Counted from the first letter of the stretch, positions 36,346-46,839 are shown. The stretch is DNA of 64,000 nucleotides from an uncultured Phascolarctobacterium sp. (GCA_963640645.1 CAVHZY010000004.1:16228-80227); one strand, 5' to 3'. Numbers and translations are program-made. Notes: a model not told the origin generated them from the letters alone.

Positions 36346-37731
36346 ATGGGACAGACCATTGCAGCAATTGCCACACCAAATGCAGCAGGCGGAATTGGAA
36401 TTATCCGTATTTCAGGCGAGTCAGCCATCTCCATTGCAGAAACCGTATTTCATTCTGCTAATGGCACCTTGTTGCGGAATCTTCCGGGGTATTCCTGCGT
36501 GTTTGGCTCCGTTGTTTCTGCGGAGGGTCCGGTAGATCAGGCAATTGCACTTCTGTTCCGCGCACCACGCAGTTATACCGGGGAAGATGTTGTGGAACTG
36601 CAGTGCCATGGCGGCCTGTTCCTGATGCAGGAAATTCTGCGTTTGGTGCTGGACGCCGGGGCGGCTTCCGCCGAACCGGGCGAATTCACCAAACGCGCCT
36701 TTTTAAATGGAAAGCTGGACCTTTCCGAAGCAGAATCCGTTATGAATTTGATTTCCGCACATGGAGAACAGGCCGCCAACGCAGCCTACCATGCTTTGCA
36801 GGGATCTTTGTCTAAAGAAATCCGCTCTATCGCCCAGGTTTTTATTGCCGCTTCGGCGCATATGGCTGCATGGGCAGATTACCCGGATGAAATTTATGAA
36901 GAAGAATTAGATTATTCCTTACTGCTTTCTCAGTTTCGGGAAGCAGAACAAAAATTACAGACTTTAATGCAACGCTTTGATGCGGGGCAGATTATCAGCG
37001 AAGGAATAGATACGGCCATTGTTGGAAAGCCAAATGTAGGGAAATCCACCTTAATGAACCGCTTACTTGGCAGAAACAGATCTATTGTTACCTCCATTGC
37101 CGGAACTACCCGGGACATTATTGAAGAAACGGCACGAATTGGAAATGTGGTTCTCCGCTTATCTGACACTGCCGGATTGCACGACTCCGATGACACGGTA
37201 GAAGCCATTGGTATTCAGATGGCGCGGGAGCGGCTGCAGCATTCCGACCTGGTTTTGGCCGTCTTTGACGGATCCAAAACGCTGTCGGATGCAGACTACC
37301 GCCTGCTGGAAGAGTTGCGCCGGCAAAAGGCGGACGGAAACAAAAAATCCGTCGGCATCATTAATAAATCGGATCTTGGCAATGTGGTTTCAGAAGACAG
37401 TATTGCACCTTATGTTTCTGCCGTTATCACGCTTTCCGCTGCAGATGAAGCCTGTTATGACAAGATGAAACAATTGCTGGGGAACCTGCTTGGCACCGCC
37501 GAATTTGATTCTTCCGCCGCCATGCTGGCCAACGAACGCCAGCTGAACTGCTGTAAAAAAGCGGATGACGCCATTAAGGAAGCCATCTTTGCAATTGAAG
37601 CCGGCCTTACCATGGACGCCGTTAACGTTTCTGTGGATGCTGCCATTCAGCCCCTGCTGGAGCTGACCGGCGAACAGGTTTCAGATACCGTAATAGAAGA
37701 AGTCTTCTCCACGTTCTGTGTAGGAAAATAA
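36346..37731 (+). CDS. mnmE: tRNA modification GTPase MnmE
   Basis: G1 motif GKPNVGKSTL, DTAG, NKSD, and the C-terminal FCVGK (CxGK) motif. The start is re-assigned to ATG at 36346, after GGAAAGGAG. Confidence 0.95.
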   Translation: MGQTIAAIATPNAAGGIGIIRISGESAISIAETVFHSANGTLLRNLPGYSCVFGSVVSAEGPVDQAIALLFRAPRSYTGEDVVELQCHGGLFLMQEILRLVLDAGAASAEPGEFTKRAFLNGKLDLSEAESVMNLISAHGEQAANAAYHALQGSLSKEIRSIAQVFIAASAHMAAWADYPDEIYEEELDYSLLLSQFREAEQKLQTLMQRFDAGQIISEGIDTAIVGKPNVGKSTLMNRLLGRNRSIVTSIAGTTRDIIEETARIGNVVLRLSDTAGLHDSDDTVEAIGIQMARERLQHSDLVLAVFDGSKTLSDADYRLLEELRRQKADGNKKSVGIINKSDLGNVVSEDSIAPYVSAVITLSAADEACYDKMKQLLGNLLGTAEFDSSAAMLANERQLNCCKKADDAIKEAIFAIEAGLTMDAVNVSVDAAIQPLLELTGEQVSDTVIEEVFSTFCVGK

Positions 37732-37758
37732 TCGGCCAAAAGAAGAAAGAAGTTGTTT

Positions 37759-39651
37759 ATGGAATATTTTGCAAAAGAATATGATGTTGCTGTTATCGGC
37801 GCCGGTCATGCCGGCATAGAAGCGGCCCTTGCCGCTGCTCGCTTAGGCTGCAACACCTGTATCTTTACCATTTCTGCCGACTGGGTTGGCAATATGCCTT
37901 GTAATCCGGCCATTGGCGGATCCTCTAAAGGACACCTGGTCAGGGAAATTGACGCCTTAGGCGGAGAAATGGGAGTTGCCGCAGACCATACCTTAATTCA
38001 AAGCCGTATGCTGAATTTGGGCAAAGGGCCTGCCGTTCACTCCCCACGGGCCCAGATAGACCGCCGGGACTATTCTTCTTACATGAAGAATGTCATTGAA
38101 TCTACGGAAAATCTGGAAATGCGGCAGGCAGAAGTTACCTCTCTTTCCCGGTTGGAAAACGGAACCTGGGAATTAAAGGTACGCCTGGAAGCCATTTATC
38201 GTGCCAAATGTGTCATTCTTGCAACCGGTACCTTCCTTGGTGGACGCGTTTTTGTTGGAGATGTTTCGTACGCCTCCGGACCGGACGGTCTTTTTCCTGC
38301 AACGGAATTGGCAGAAAGCCTGAAAAAACTGGGTATTTCTACCCGCCGTTTTAAAACCGGAACCCCCTCCCGTGTCAACAAGCGCAGCCTGCATCTGGAA
38401 AATCTGGAAGTGCAGGAAGGAGATTCCAATCTGGTTCGTTTTTCTGATGATCCAAGCATTACTCCGGAAAACAAATCCGTTTGCTACATTACCTATACTA
38501 ATGAAAAAACCAAAGAGATTATCTTAAACAATCTGGACAGAAGTCCGCTGTATGGCGGAAAAATAGAAGGCATTGGTCCCAGATACTGCCCTTCCATTGA
38601 AGATAAAATGGTTCGTTTTCCGGAAAAGGAACGCCATCAGATTTTCCTGGAACCCTGTGGTCTTCACACGCAGGAAATGTATTTACAAGGATTGTCCTCT
38701 TCCCTTCCGGAAGATGTTCAGCTTGCTTTTTTAAAAACCATCCCCGGTTTGGAAGATGTCCAGGTCATTCGTACTGCCTATGCCATAGAATATGACTGCA
38801 TAGACCCCTTATCTTTAAAAAACACGTTGGAATTTTTAGACTTCCCGGGGCTCTTCGGCGCAGGCCAGTTCAATGGTTCCAGCGGATATGAAGAGGCCGC
38901 CGCCCAGGGACTTATTGCAGGAATTAATGCGGCTCAGAAAGTACTTGGAAAACCCGCATTTACCTTAGACAGAGCCAGTTCCTATATTGGAACATTAATT
39001 GATGATTTGGTCACAAAAGGGTGCAATGAGCCATACCGTATGATGACTTCCCGTTCAGAGTATCGCTTAATTCTGCGGCAAAACAATGCTGACCTCCGTC
39101 TGATGAAAAAGGGCTATGAACTGGGCCTTGTTTCAGAAGAGCGTTATCAGCGATTATTAAAAAAAGAACAGCTGATTGCAGAAGAAAAAGAGCGCGCCAT
39201 TCACACTACTATTTCTCCTAAAGAGGACTTAAATGCGCTTCTTGTTTCACGTGAAACATCTCCCATGAAATCCGGTCAAAAGCTGGCAGATTTGCTGAAG
39301 CGCCCGCAATTAAACTATGCTCTGTTAGCACCGTGGGACCTGACTCGCCCGGCATTGTCCTCTGAAATACTGGAAGAAGTGGAAACCCAAATTAAATACG
39401 AAGGATATATTCGCCGACAGGAAGCCCAAATTAAAGAAATGCGCCGCTTAGAAGGAAAAACGCTGCCGGAAACCATCTGTTACAAGGAAATTACCGGTCT
39501 TCGTTTGGAGGCACAGGAAAAATTAGACCGGATCCGTCCGGCCAATATTGGACAGGCCAGTCGTATTTCCGGCGTCAGTCCTGCTGACATTTCCGTTCTT
39601 TTAATTTATTTGGAAAAAGAACAAATGAAAGGAAGAAAAGCAAATGATTAA
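37759..39651 (+). CDS. mnmG: tRNA uridine 5-carboxymethylaminomethyl modification enzyme MnmG
   Basis: FAD motif [12 protein letters not shown] and GidA family architecture. Confidence 0.96.
   Translation: MEYFAKEYDVAVIGAGHAGIEAALAAARLGCNTCIFTISADWVGNMPCNPAIGGSSKGHLVREIDALGGEMGVAADHTLIQSRMLNLGKGPAVHSPRAQIDRRDYSSYMKNVIESTENLEMRQAEVTSLSRLENGTWELKVRLEAIYRAKCVILATGTFLGGRVFVGDVSYASGPDGLFPATELAESLKKLGISTRRFKTGTPSRVNKRSLHLENLEVQEGDSNLVRFSDDPSITPENKSVCYITYTNEKTKEIILNNLDRSPLYGGKIEGIGPRYCPSIEDKMVRFPEKERHQIFLEPCGLHTQEMYLQGLSSSLPEDVQLAFLKTIPGLEDVQVIRTAYAIEYDCIDPLSLKNTLEFLDFPGLFGAGQFNGSSGYEEAAAQGLIAGINAAQKVLGKPAFTLDRASSYIGTLIDDLVTKGCNEPYRMMTSRSEYRLILRQNNADLRLMKKGYELGLVSEERYQRLLKKEQLIAEEKERAIHTTISPKEDLNALLVSRETSPMKSGQKLADLLKRPQLNYALLAPWDLTRPALSSEILEEVETQIKYEGYIRRQEAQIKEMRRLEGKTLPETICYKEITGLRLEAQEKLDRIRPANIGQASRISGVSPADISVLLIYLEKEQMKGRKAND
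39243..39258. other. parS centromere site inside mnmG
   Basis: Perfect 16-bp palindrome TGTTTCACGTGAAACA, matching the Firmicute parS consensus TGTTNCACGTGAAACA. Confidence 0.85.
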
Positions 39652-40357
39652 TACAGAACTGCTCCGCTCCTTAGCGGATGAAATTGGTGTAACTTTGGAT
39701 GATCAGGCATTAGAACGCTTTGACCAATATGCCAAGTTGTTGATTTTCTGGAATGAAAAAATTAATCTTACTACCATCATTGAGCCGTTAGAAATTGTCT
39801 ATAAGCATTTTTTGGACTGCCTGTATCTGTTAACCGTTACCGACTTTGAAGAGCATGCAAAAGTAATTGATGTTGGCACAGGCGCCGGTTTCCCCGGCCT
39901 GGTTTTACTGATTGCCCGGCCTGATTTACAGCTTACTTTTCTGGATGGAACCAAAAAGCGTCTTGCCGTTATCCAGGATATTTTAGATGAGCTGGACTTA
40001 TCTGCAACTGTTGTACACGCCAGAGCAGAAGAAGCCGGCAGAAGCAAACCGTATCGGGAAACCTATGATATTGCCACCGCCAGGGCTGTTACAAACTTAC
40101 GGGATCTTTCTGAACTCTGCCTTCCCTTTGTAAAAGAGGGCGGCCTGTTTCTTGCCATGAAAGGTCCGGATTTAAAAGAGGAAATTCAGGATGGAGAAGC
40201 TGCCATTGAAACCTTAGGCGGTACCATTTTGGAATTGGTGGAATATGAACTGCCGGATCGTGGCGGCAGAAGTGTTCTTTTAGTTGGCAAAGAGGAAGAA
40301 ACACCGAAAAAATATCCGCGCCCTATGGGACAAATTAAAAACCATCCCATTCACTAA
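39644..40357 (+). CDS. rsmG: 16S rRNA (guanine527-N7)-methyltransferase RsmG
   Basis: SAM motif [10 protein letters not shown]. It follows mnmG with an 8-nt overlap. Confidence 0.93.
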   Translation: MINTELLRSLADEIGVTLDDQALERFDQYAKLLIFWNEKINLTTIIEPLEIVYKHFLDCLYLLTVTDFEEHAKVIDVGTGAGFPGLVLLIARPDLQLTFLDGTKKRLAVIQDILDELDLSATVVHARAEEAGRSKPYRETYDIATARAVTNLRDLSELCLPFVKEGGLFLAMKGPDLKEEIQDGEAAIETLGGTILELVEYELPDRGGRSVLLVGKEEETPKKYPRPMGQIKNHPIH

Positions 40358-40373
40358 ACTGTGAAAGAAAGAA

Positions 40374-40859
40374 GTGTTTTTGTTGGGTACTTTACTTATC
40401 CGCAGAGCAACGCAGCAGGACCTGCCTGCTATTTCAAAGCTTTTATTTCAGGTTCACAAAGTGCACAGTGATGTTCGTCCGGATTTGTTTAAGGCAGGAG
40501 CCAAAAAATATACGGACGAAGAAGTTTCTGCCATCTTAAAAAATGAGAATACCCCTGTTTTTGTTGCGGAAGAAAGGGGCCAAGTTCTTGGTTACGCTTT
40601 TTGTATTCATCAGGAAATGGTGGGAAAGAAAAGCATGCAGGAAATCAAGACTTTATACATTGATGACCTGTGTGTAGACGAAGAAGCCCGTGGCAAACAT
40701 GTAGGAACAGCTCTTTATGAACACGTTCTGCAATTTGCAAAAGAAAACGGGTATTACAATGTTACACTGAATGTCTGGGCTGACAATAAAAAAGCCGTTG
40801 GTTTCTATGAAAAGCTTGGCCTTCACATTCAGAAGATCGGAATGGAAAAGATTTTATAA
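40374..40859 (+). CDS. GNAT family N-acetyltransferase
   Basis: Acetyl-CoA motif ARGKHVGTALYE. About 160 aa. The exact start is uncertain (GTG at 40374 or a nearby TTG). Confidence 0.8.
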   Translation: MFLLGTLLIRRATQQDLPAISKLLFQVHKVHSDVRPDLFKAGAKKYTDEEVSAILKNENTPVFVAEERGQVLGYAFCIHQEMVGKKSMQEIKTLYIDDLCVDEEARGKHVGTALYEHVLQFAKENGYYNVTLNVWADNKKAVGFYEKLGLHIQKIGMEKIL

Positions 40860-40899
40860 AGGTAACCGAAATCCGCGTAAATAAACCAAATATTCACTT

Positions 40900-40915
40900 T
40901 GTTTCACGTGAAACA
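40900..40915. other. parS centromere site upstream of parA
   Basis: Second perfect copy of TGTTTCACGTGAAACA, in the GNAT-parA spacer. Confidence 0.85.
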
Positions 40916-40928
40916 AGCCAGAAAGAAA

Positions 40929-40961
40929 AAGGCAGCTAATTCTTTATTTAGCTGCCTTTTT
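40929..40961 (+). terminator. intrinsic terminator after the GNAT gene
   Basis: AAGGCAGCUAA-uucuuuau-UUAGCUGCCUU followed by UUU. Confidence 0.7.
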
Positions 40962-40969
40962 ATGGTATT

Positions 40970-41782
40970 ATGGATAGCAATCCGACAAAGGACAGATCTT
41001 TTTCAGAAAGGGTGAAGAAATTGGCAAAAACCATTGCTATTGTAAACCAGAAAGGCGGCGTTGGAAAAACTACAACCGCCGTAAATTTGGTTGCTGCCCT
41101 TGGAATGAAAGGAAAAAACGTCCTTTTGGTAGATATTGACCCACAGGGTAATGCAACCAGCGGACTGGGCGTAGATAAAAGAGGCCTGACAAATTCCGTC
41201 TATGATGTTCTTATTAATTCCGCCAATGCCAAAGATGGTATTCTTCATACCAAATTTAAAGGCGTAGACCTTCTCCCGGCTAATATTGATTTGGCCGGCG
41301 CAGAATTGGAACTGGCAGAACAACGAAATCGGGAAAACCGGTTAAAAGCAGGTCTTGCCCCTGTTTATGAAAACTATGACTATATTTTTCTGGATTGTCC
41401 CCCGGCACTGGGCCTGATTACCATTAATGCATTAAATGCATCTGATACCTTCTTGGTTCCTATTCAATGTGAATACTACGCTTTGGAAGGACTTTCCCAG
41501 TTACTGACTACCGCAAGACAAATTAAACGTCTTTATAATCCATACCTGGAACTGGAAGGCGTTATTCTTACCATGTATGACGGCCGTTTGAACCTGACCC
41601 AGCAGGTAGTGGAAGAAGTTAAAAAATTCTTCCCTAAAAAAGTATATGCAACCGTTATCCCCAGAAATGTCCGTCTGTCTGAGGCGCCCAGCTTTGGACA
41701 ACCGGTTTCTTACTATGACAGAACCTCCCGGGGAGCCGAAGCTTATGATGCTTTGGCAGCGGAGTTTTTAGAAAAAGCCTGA
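40970..41782 (+). CDS. parA: ParA/Soj chromosome partitioning ATPase
   Basis: Deviant Walker A NQKGGVGKTTT. The true start may be TTG at 41021 (giving M-AKTIAIVNQKGG), 6 nt after GGGTG. Confidence 0.93.
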   Translation: MDSNPTKDRSFSERVKKLAKTIAIVNQKGGVGKTTTAVNLVAALGMKGKNVLLVDIDPQGNATSGLGVDKRGLTNSVYDVLINSANAKDGILHTKFKGVDLLPANIDLAGAELELAEQRNRENRLKAGLAPVYENYDYIFLDCPPALGLITINALNASDTFLVPIQCEYYALEGLSQLLTTARQIKRLYNPYLELEGVILTMYDGRLNLTQQVVEEVKKFFPKKVYATVIPRNVRLSEAPSFGQPVSYYDRTSRGAEAYDALAAEFLEKA

Positions 41783-41795
41783 AAGGAGAAAGGAT

Positions 41796-42653
41796 ATGGC
41801 AAAGAAAACCGGGCTTGGTCGTGGTCTGGATGCACTGTTTACGGATAATGCCGTAGATGATATTCACGGATCCGCTCCTGTTACGCTCCGATTAACGGAA
41901 ATTGAACCGAACCGGGAACAACCACGTAAGACCTTTGACCAGACCGCCCTGAACGAACTGGCAGATTCCATTGCCAAAAATGGCGTATTACAGCCCTTAT
42001 TGGTTCGTCCCATGCCGGATGGCAGTTACCAATTAGTTGCTGGTGAACGTAGATGGCGTGCTTCCCGCATTGCCGGATTAACAGAAGTTCCGGTTGTAAT
42101 TAAGGAACTTTCCGATGAACAGGCAATGGAAATTGCCCTCATTGAAAACTTACAAAGAGAAGACTTAAATCCAATTGAAGAGGCAGAAGGCTTACAGCTT
42201 TTAATTGATCGTTACGGATTAACACAGGAAGAAGCTGCCAACCGGGTAGGCCGCTCCAGACCGGCTATTGCTAACTCGCTCCGGTTATTAAATTTGCCGG
42301 ATGAAATCCGAGATCTGACCCGCGCCGGTACACTTTCCGCCGGACACGCCAGAGCCCTTCTTGCTTTTGATAAAACGGCAGATATGTTGTCCATGGCCGA
42401 AGAAATTCAGAAAAACGATCTTTCTGTCCGGGATGTAGAACGGGTGGCCAAGGCGCAAGCCAAAACAAAAACGGCCAAACCCACACCAAGAAAGAAAAAA
42501 GATAATTTTTACAATGAAGTGGAACTGGCCCTTGCAGAAACCTTAGGCCGAAAGGTTCGCATTGTTTCCAGCAAAAAGGGTGGTACCTTGGAACTGGAGT
42601 TCTTTGACAAAGAAGACCTGCAAAAGTTAGCTCAACTTTTGGATGCAGAATAA
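41796..42653 (+). CDS. parB: ParB/Spo0J partitioning protein
   Basis: ParB box LVAGERRWRAS and HTH region QEEAANRVGRSRPAIANSLRLL. Confidence 0.94.
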   Translation: MAKKTGLGRGLDALFTDNAVDDIHGSAPVTLRLTEIEPNREQPRKTFDQTALNELADSIAKNGVLQPLLVRPMPDGSYQLVAGERRWRASRIAGLTEVPVVIKELSDEQAMEIALIENLQREDLNPIEEAEGLQLLIDRYGLTQEEAANRVGRSRPAIANSLRLLNLPDEIRDLTRAGTLSAGHARALLAFDKTADMLSMAEEIQKNDLSVRDVERVAKAQAKTKTAKPTPRKKKDNFYNEVELALAETLGRKVRIVSSKKGGTLELEFFDKEDLQKLAQLLDAE

Positions 42654-42667
42654 AGGGAGAATGAACT

Positions 42668-43942
42668 ATGTTAGACATTAAAGTCATCCGTGAAAACCCG
42701 GAACGGGTAAAACAAGCCATGCATTCCAGAAATATGGATCTGGATGCCAAAATTGACGAACTCCTTGCCATAGACGTGGAACGCCGTCAGCTGACCGTTC
42801 AGGTAGATGCCTTAAAACAAAAGCAGAATGAAGCTTCCAAGCAGATTCCGGTTTTGAAAAAGGAAGGGAAAGATACTTCCGCTATTTTTGCAGAAATGGC
42901 AGAAATTAAAACAGAAGTCAAGGATCTGGACAAAAAGCAGTCTGATCTGGAAGCAAAACAAAAGTCCATTTTATTGGAAATCCCGAATATTCCGGATGAA
43001 TCCGTTCCTTTGGGTAAAGATGACACCGAAAATGTAGAAGTTCGTCGCTGGGGCGAACCAACCCAATTTGATTTTGAGCCAAAGGCACATTGGGACCTGG
43101 GCAAAGATCTGGATATTCTGGATCCGGAAACAGCTGCCAAGGTTACCGGTACCCGCTTCCATTTCTATAAAGACCAGGGCGCACGCCTGGAACGTTCCGT
43201 TATCAACTATTATTTAAATACCCACACAGAACATGGATATACGGAAATTTTTCCACCGTTTCTGGTAAACAGAGCTTCCATGACCGGCACCGGCCAGTTA
43301 CCGAAGTTTGAAGAAGATGCCTTCAAAACCGTAGACGACTATTTCCTGATTCCAACTGCAGAAGTTCCGGTTACCAATATGTACCGCGGAGATATCCTGG
43401 ATGGAGCCAACCTTCCTTATAAGTATTGTGCTTATACCGCCTGCTTCCGCGCCGAAGCCGGTTCCGCCGGACGGGACACCAGAGGTTTAATCCGTCAGCA
43501 TCAGTTCAACAAAGTAGAACTGGTTCACTTTGCAAAACCGGAAGATTCCTGGGCAGAACTGGAAAGCCTGACCAATGATGCCGAACGCGTACTGCAGGGA
43601 CTTGGCCTCCCCTATCGTGTTGTTTGCCTTTCCTCCGGCGATTTAGGCTTCTCTTCTGCCAAGACTTATGACATTGAAGTATGGATGCCGTCTTATGGCC
43701 GTTATGTAGAAATTTCTTCCTGCTCTAACTTCCTGGATTATCAGGCAAGAAGAGCACAGATCCGTTATAAGGAAACCCCGGCTTCCAAGCCACAGCTGGT
43801 TCATACCTTAAATGGTTCCGGTGTTGCCATTGGACGTACGGTTGCCGCTATTATGGAAAACTTCCAGAATGCCGACGGCAGCATTACGGTTCCGGAAGTA
43901 CTTCGCCCGTACTTTGGTTCTGATAAGATTATTAAGAAGTAA
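42668..43942 (+). CDS. serS: serine--tRNA ligase
   Basis: N-terminal coiled-coil arm and class II core ([34 protein letters not shown]). Confidence 0.96.
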   Translation: MLDIKVIRENPERVKQAMHSRNMDLDAKIDELLAIDVERRQLTVQVDALKQKQNEASKQIPVLKKEGKDTSAIFAEMAEIKTEVKDLDKKQSDLEAKQKSILLEIPNIPDESVPLGKDDTENVEVRRWGEPTQFDFEPKAHWDLGKDLDILDPETAAKVTGTRFHFYKDQGARLERSVINYYLNTHTEHGYTEIFPPFLVNRASMTGTGQLPKFEEDAFKTVDDYFLIPTAEVPVTNMYRGDILDGANLPYKYCAYTACFRAEAGSAGRDTRGLIRQHQFNKVELVHFAKPEDSWAELESLTNDAERVLQGLGLPYRVVCLSSGDLGFSSAKTYDIEVWMPSYGRYVEISSCSNFLDYQARRAQIRYKETPASKPQLVHTLNGSGVAIGRTVAAIMENFQNADGSITVPEVLRPYFGSDKIIKK

Positions 43943-43980
43943 TCTGCACCTTACAGAAAGCAGGATAACAAGATACAAAA

Positions 43981-44012
43981 AGGACCACACAGAATTCTGT
44001 GTGGTCCTTTTC
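43981..44012. terminator. bidirectional terminator between convergent serS and jag
   Basis: Perfect hairpin AGGACCACACAGAAUUCUGUGUGGUCCU, flanked by an A-run on one side and a U-run on the other. Confidence 0.8.
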
Positions 44013-44042
44013 TTATTTATCTTCGTTGTAGCCTATAACAAC

Positions 44043-45146
44043 TTATTCTTCTGTTGTTACATTTGCTTCCGGAACCGGTTCTGCCGGCGCTTCGGTGGCT
44101 GTGGCGCGAACTTCAATCTTACCGTAACGTACTCCTTCTACATCTGCACGCGGTGCACGGGTTGGTGCTGCAGGAGCGTCATCTCTTCTTGGAACTCTTC
44201 CACCACGGTTTCCGCCGCGGCCACGACCGCCGTCTCTGCGGCCGCCTCTGCTGTAACGATCTTCCTGTAACGGTTCAACCCCTTCAGCCAGGGTAATAAC
44301 TACGCGGCGTTCTGTTTCAGAACCAACGGAATAGGTTTCCAGTCCTTCCATTTCTGCAATGGCAGTATGGATAATACGGCGTTCAAACGGATTCATTGGA
44401 TCCAGTGTAACGTTGCGTCCGTACTTCCGTACGCGGCGGCCGTTCTTTCTGGCAATTTCCTTTAATGTATTTTCCCGTTTTTCCCGGTAATTTCCAACGT
44501 TAATGGAAATCTTGGCAAACTTGCCTTCTTCTTTGCCGTGGTTGGCAATTAATCTTACCAGATACTGAATGGCATCCAGGGTTTCCCCGCGACGACCAAT
44601 TAACAGGCTGTAATCTTCCTGGCTGGTCAGCGTAAAGAAGTATTCTTTTTCTGTATGGGAAATGCTGACTTCTACGCCGGAAACGCCGATGCCTTCTACT
44701 ATTTTCTGTAAATAGGAATAGGCTTTTTTAACGGCATCCGGACAATCTTCCAGTTTAATTTCTACCGGGGCCGGCTTTTCCGCTTTCTTTGGGGCTGCCT
44801 TTGCCGGAGCTGCAGCTTCCTTCTTTTCAGTGCCCTTCTTTTCTTTCGGAGCATCCTTTTTGGAAGCTTCCTTTTTCGGTGCGGATTTCTCCGCCGCCGG
44901 TTTTGTCTTTGGCTTTTCTGCCTTTGGTTTCTTTTGATCTGCCGGCTTTGCTTTCGGTTCATCCGGACATTCGTAGTATGCTCTTACTTCTGCAAGCTTT
45001 CCGCCAAACAGGCCAAACTTCTTCTTTTCCGGCATGGTCAGTACTTCAAACTGAACGTCGGCGGAGAGCGGCGCGCCTAATGCGGCAACGGCAGCCTGCT
45101 GTGCTTCTTCAATAGTAGCACCTGTTGCAACTGCGTCCTTGATCAT
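44043..45146 (-). CDS. jag: Jag/KhpB RNA-binding protein (Jag_N-KH-R3H) with a K/P/A-rich linker and an RGG tail
   Basis: KH GxxG motif (IGRRGETLDAIQYL) and R3H (MNPFERRIIHTAI). There is a ~70-aa KPKAEK-type linker and a 73-aa C-terminal RGG/PA-rich tail. Confidence 0.88.
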   Translation of the reverse strand: MIKDAVATGATIEEAQQAAVAALGAPLSADVQFEVLTMPEKKKFGLFGGKLAEVRAYYECPDEPKAKPADQKKPKAEKPKTKPAAEKSAPKKEASKKDAPKEKKGTEKKEAAAPAKAAPKKAEKPAPVEIKLEDCPDAVKKAYSYLQKIVEGIGVSGVEVSISHTEKEYFFTLTSQEDYSLLIGRRGETLDAIQYLVRLIANHGKEEGKFAKISINVGNYREKRENTLKEIARKNGRRVRKYGRNVTLDPMNPFERRIIHTAIAEMEGLETYSVGSETERRVVITLAEGVEPLQEDRYSRGGRRDGGRGRGGNRGGRVPRRDDAPAAPTRAPRADVEGVRYGKIEVRATATEAPAEPVPEANVTTEE

Positions 45147-45162
45147 GTTTTTACCTCCTTGA

Positions 45163-45213
45163 TATAAATAATAAAGACCGTCGCGGTAAGTGAAGGTAGA
45201 GTAGCGACGGTCT
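45163..45213 (-). terminator. terminator-like hairpin between yidC and jag
   Basis: On the minus strand, a 10-bp stem AGACCGUCGC...GCGACGGUCU is followed by UUAUUAUUUAU. Confidence 0.5.
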
Positions 45214-45230
45214 TCTATACAAAATTAAAT

Positions 45231-46211
45231 TTAATGAAGTTCCTTAACGGCAGCTTCCTTTGATTTTCTAAGAATTGTTTCTTCTACCATATTTCTTGCA
45301 ATTACTTTATCCGGTTTGTAAATCAGGTCTAATACCAGCATCTGCAGGAAACCAAGCAAACTGTTTACTGCCCAGTAAATACCAATTCCTACCGGGAACT
45401 GATAGGCAAGCCATAAAGAGAAGAACGGCATGAACAGCATCATGCAGCCCATGGAAGCCATGTTAGCCGCGTTGCTGTCATTCATACGTTTGGTACGAAT
45501 TAAGCTGTAAATGGAGCTGATCATGGCAGCGGCAAAAGCAAGAATTGGAATAATTAAAACTGCCTTTGTTCCACCGTCTGCAATGAACTGTTTTGGCATG
45601 TCACCGAAGCTGAATGCTCCAATCTGGAAGTTTGCATTGAAGTCATGAATGGTATTGTACACCGACTGACCATTTGTCAAAGAAAGGCAAACTTCCTTTA
45701 AGTCATCAATTTTGGAAATAACCGTGTTTTCCATGAAACGGGTTGCGCTTCCGGAAGAAGAACCTAAGTTCATGGATTCTGCAGCACTGGTTAAACTTTC
45801 AATAATGCCTTTTCCAAAACGCTTGTCAATCCGGAGAACGTAGGTCAGCGGATAATAAATAGCACCATAAAGACCAATAATAACCGGGAACTGAATCAGC
45901 ATGCTGCCGCAACCGGTTCCCATGGAACTGAAGCCTTCTTTTTTATAGAATTCCTGAATGGCTTCATTCTGCTTATTCTGGTCATCTTTGTACTTTTCCT
46001 TGATTTTTTCAATCCGGGAACGCATTCTTTGGGATTTTGCCTGTCCCTTCTGCGTACTAATAGAGGTTGGAAGTAAAACCAACTTTACTAAAACTGCCAG
46101 CATGATAACTGCTAACAAATAGTTTCCACCAAAGAGATTATATAAAAAGTCAATGATGTAACCAAAAGGATAAGAAAAAATCTTATAAATGAAAGTATAA
46201 ATTCCGTTCAT
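45231..46211 (-). CDS. yidC: membrane protein insertase YidC (SpoIIIJ type)
   Basis: Multi-TM protein with a conserved C-terminal region (QFPVGIGIYWAVNSLL). The start is re-assigned to ATG at 46211, downstream of the yidD stop. Confidence 0.9.
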   Translation of the reverse strand: MNGIYTFIYKIFSYPFGYIIDFLYNLFGGNYLLAVIMLAVLVKLVLLPTSISTQKGQAKSQRMRSRIEKIKEKYKDDQNKQNEAIQEFYKKEGFSSMGTGCGSMLIQFPVIIGLYGAIYYPLTYVLRIDKRFGKGIIESLTSAAESMNLGSSSGSATRFMENTVISKIDDLKEVCLSLTNGQSVYNTIHDFNANFQIGAFSFGDMPKQFIADGGTKAVLIIPILAFAAAMISSIYSLIRTKRMNDSNAANMASMGCMMLFMPFFSLWLAYQFPVGIGIYWAVNSLLGFLQMLVLDLIYKPDKVIARNMVEETILRKSKEAAVKELH

Positions 46212-46233
46212 CAGTGGTTCTCCTGTGGTCGGC

Positions 46234-46461
46234 TTAATAATACTCTTTTTCTTCCGGAACCGGATCATATCCACCGGATGTCAGCGGGCTGCAGCGGATA
46301 ATGCGCCAAAGCGTCATCAGTCCGCCCTTAATTGCACCGTAACGTTCAATGGCTACCAGTCCGTAATTAGAGCAGGTCGGATAAAACTTGCAGGTTGACG
46401 GAGTATGAACTGAAATATGTTTCTGATAAAAGCGAATACTAGTCGTCATTGCGTACTTCAT
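46234..46461 (-). CDS. yidD: membrane protein insertion efficiency factor YidD
   Basis: 75 aa with the FYQKHIS...[11 protein letters not shown] signature. Confidence 0.92.
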   Translation of the reverse strand: MKYAMTTSIRFYQKHISVHTPSTCKFYPTCSNYGLVAIERYGAIKGGLMTLWRIIRCSPLTSGGYDPVPEEKEYY

Positions 46462-46490
46462 TGTTTTCTGCTTTCTTTTCTGCGATTCAG

Positions 46491-46838
46491 TTAATTTCCC
46501 CTTAAAACGTTTGTTTTCTGTAAACAGTCTATCATAACCGGAACAAGTTCGGTACTTTTCCGATAACGGGTTCTTACCCGTGCTACAAAAACAATATCAT
46601 ATCCTTGCAGTTCCGCTTCATGTTGTTTGTAGACTTCTTGAAATGCTGCCCGGATTAAGCGGCGGGAACGATTCCGTTCCACCGCATTTCCGATTTTTTT
46701 ACTGGAAGTAATCCCTATACGACAAAGTCCCGTACGGTTTCTCTTTGTATAGACAACCAGTACAGGATTTGCGTGTGAGGCTCCTTGTTTATAAAGCCTT
46801 CGAAAGTCTGTATTCTGTTTCAGAATTTCCGGTTTCAT
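46491..46838 (-). CDS. rnpA: ribonuclease P protein component
   Basis: 115 aa with RNR-type motif [15 protein letters not shown]. It lies directly after rpmH. Confidence 0.93.
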   Translation of the reverse strand: MKPEILKQNTDFRRLYKQGASHANPVLVVYTKRNRTGLCRIGITSSKKIGNAVERNRSRRLIRAAFQEVYKQHEAELQGYDIVFVARVRTRYRKSTELVPVMIDCLQKTNVLRGN

Positions 46839-46839
46839 T

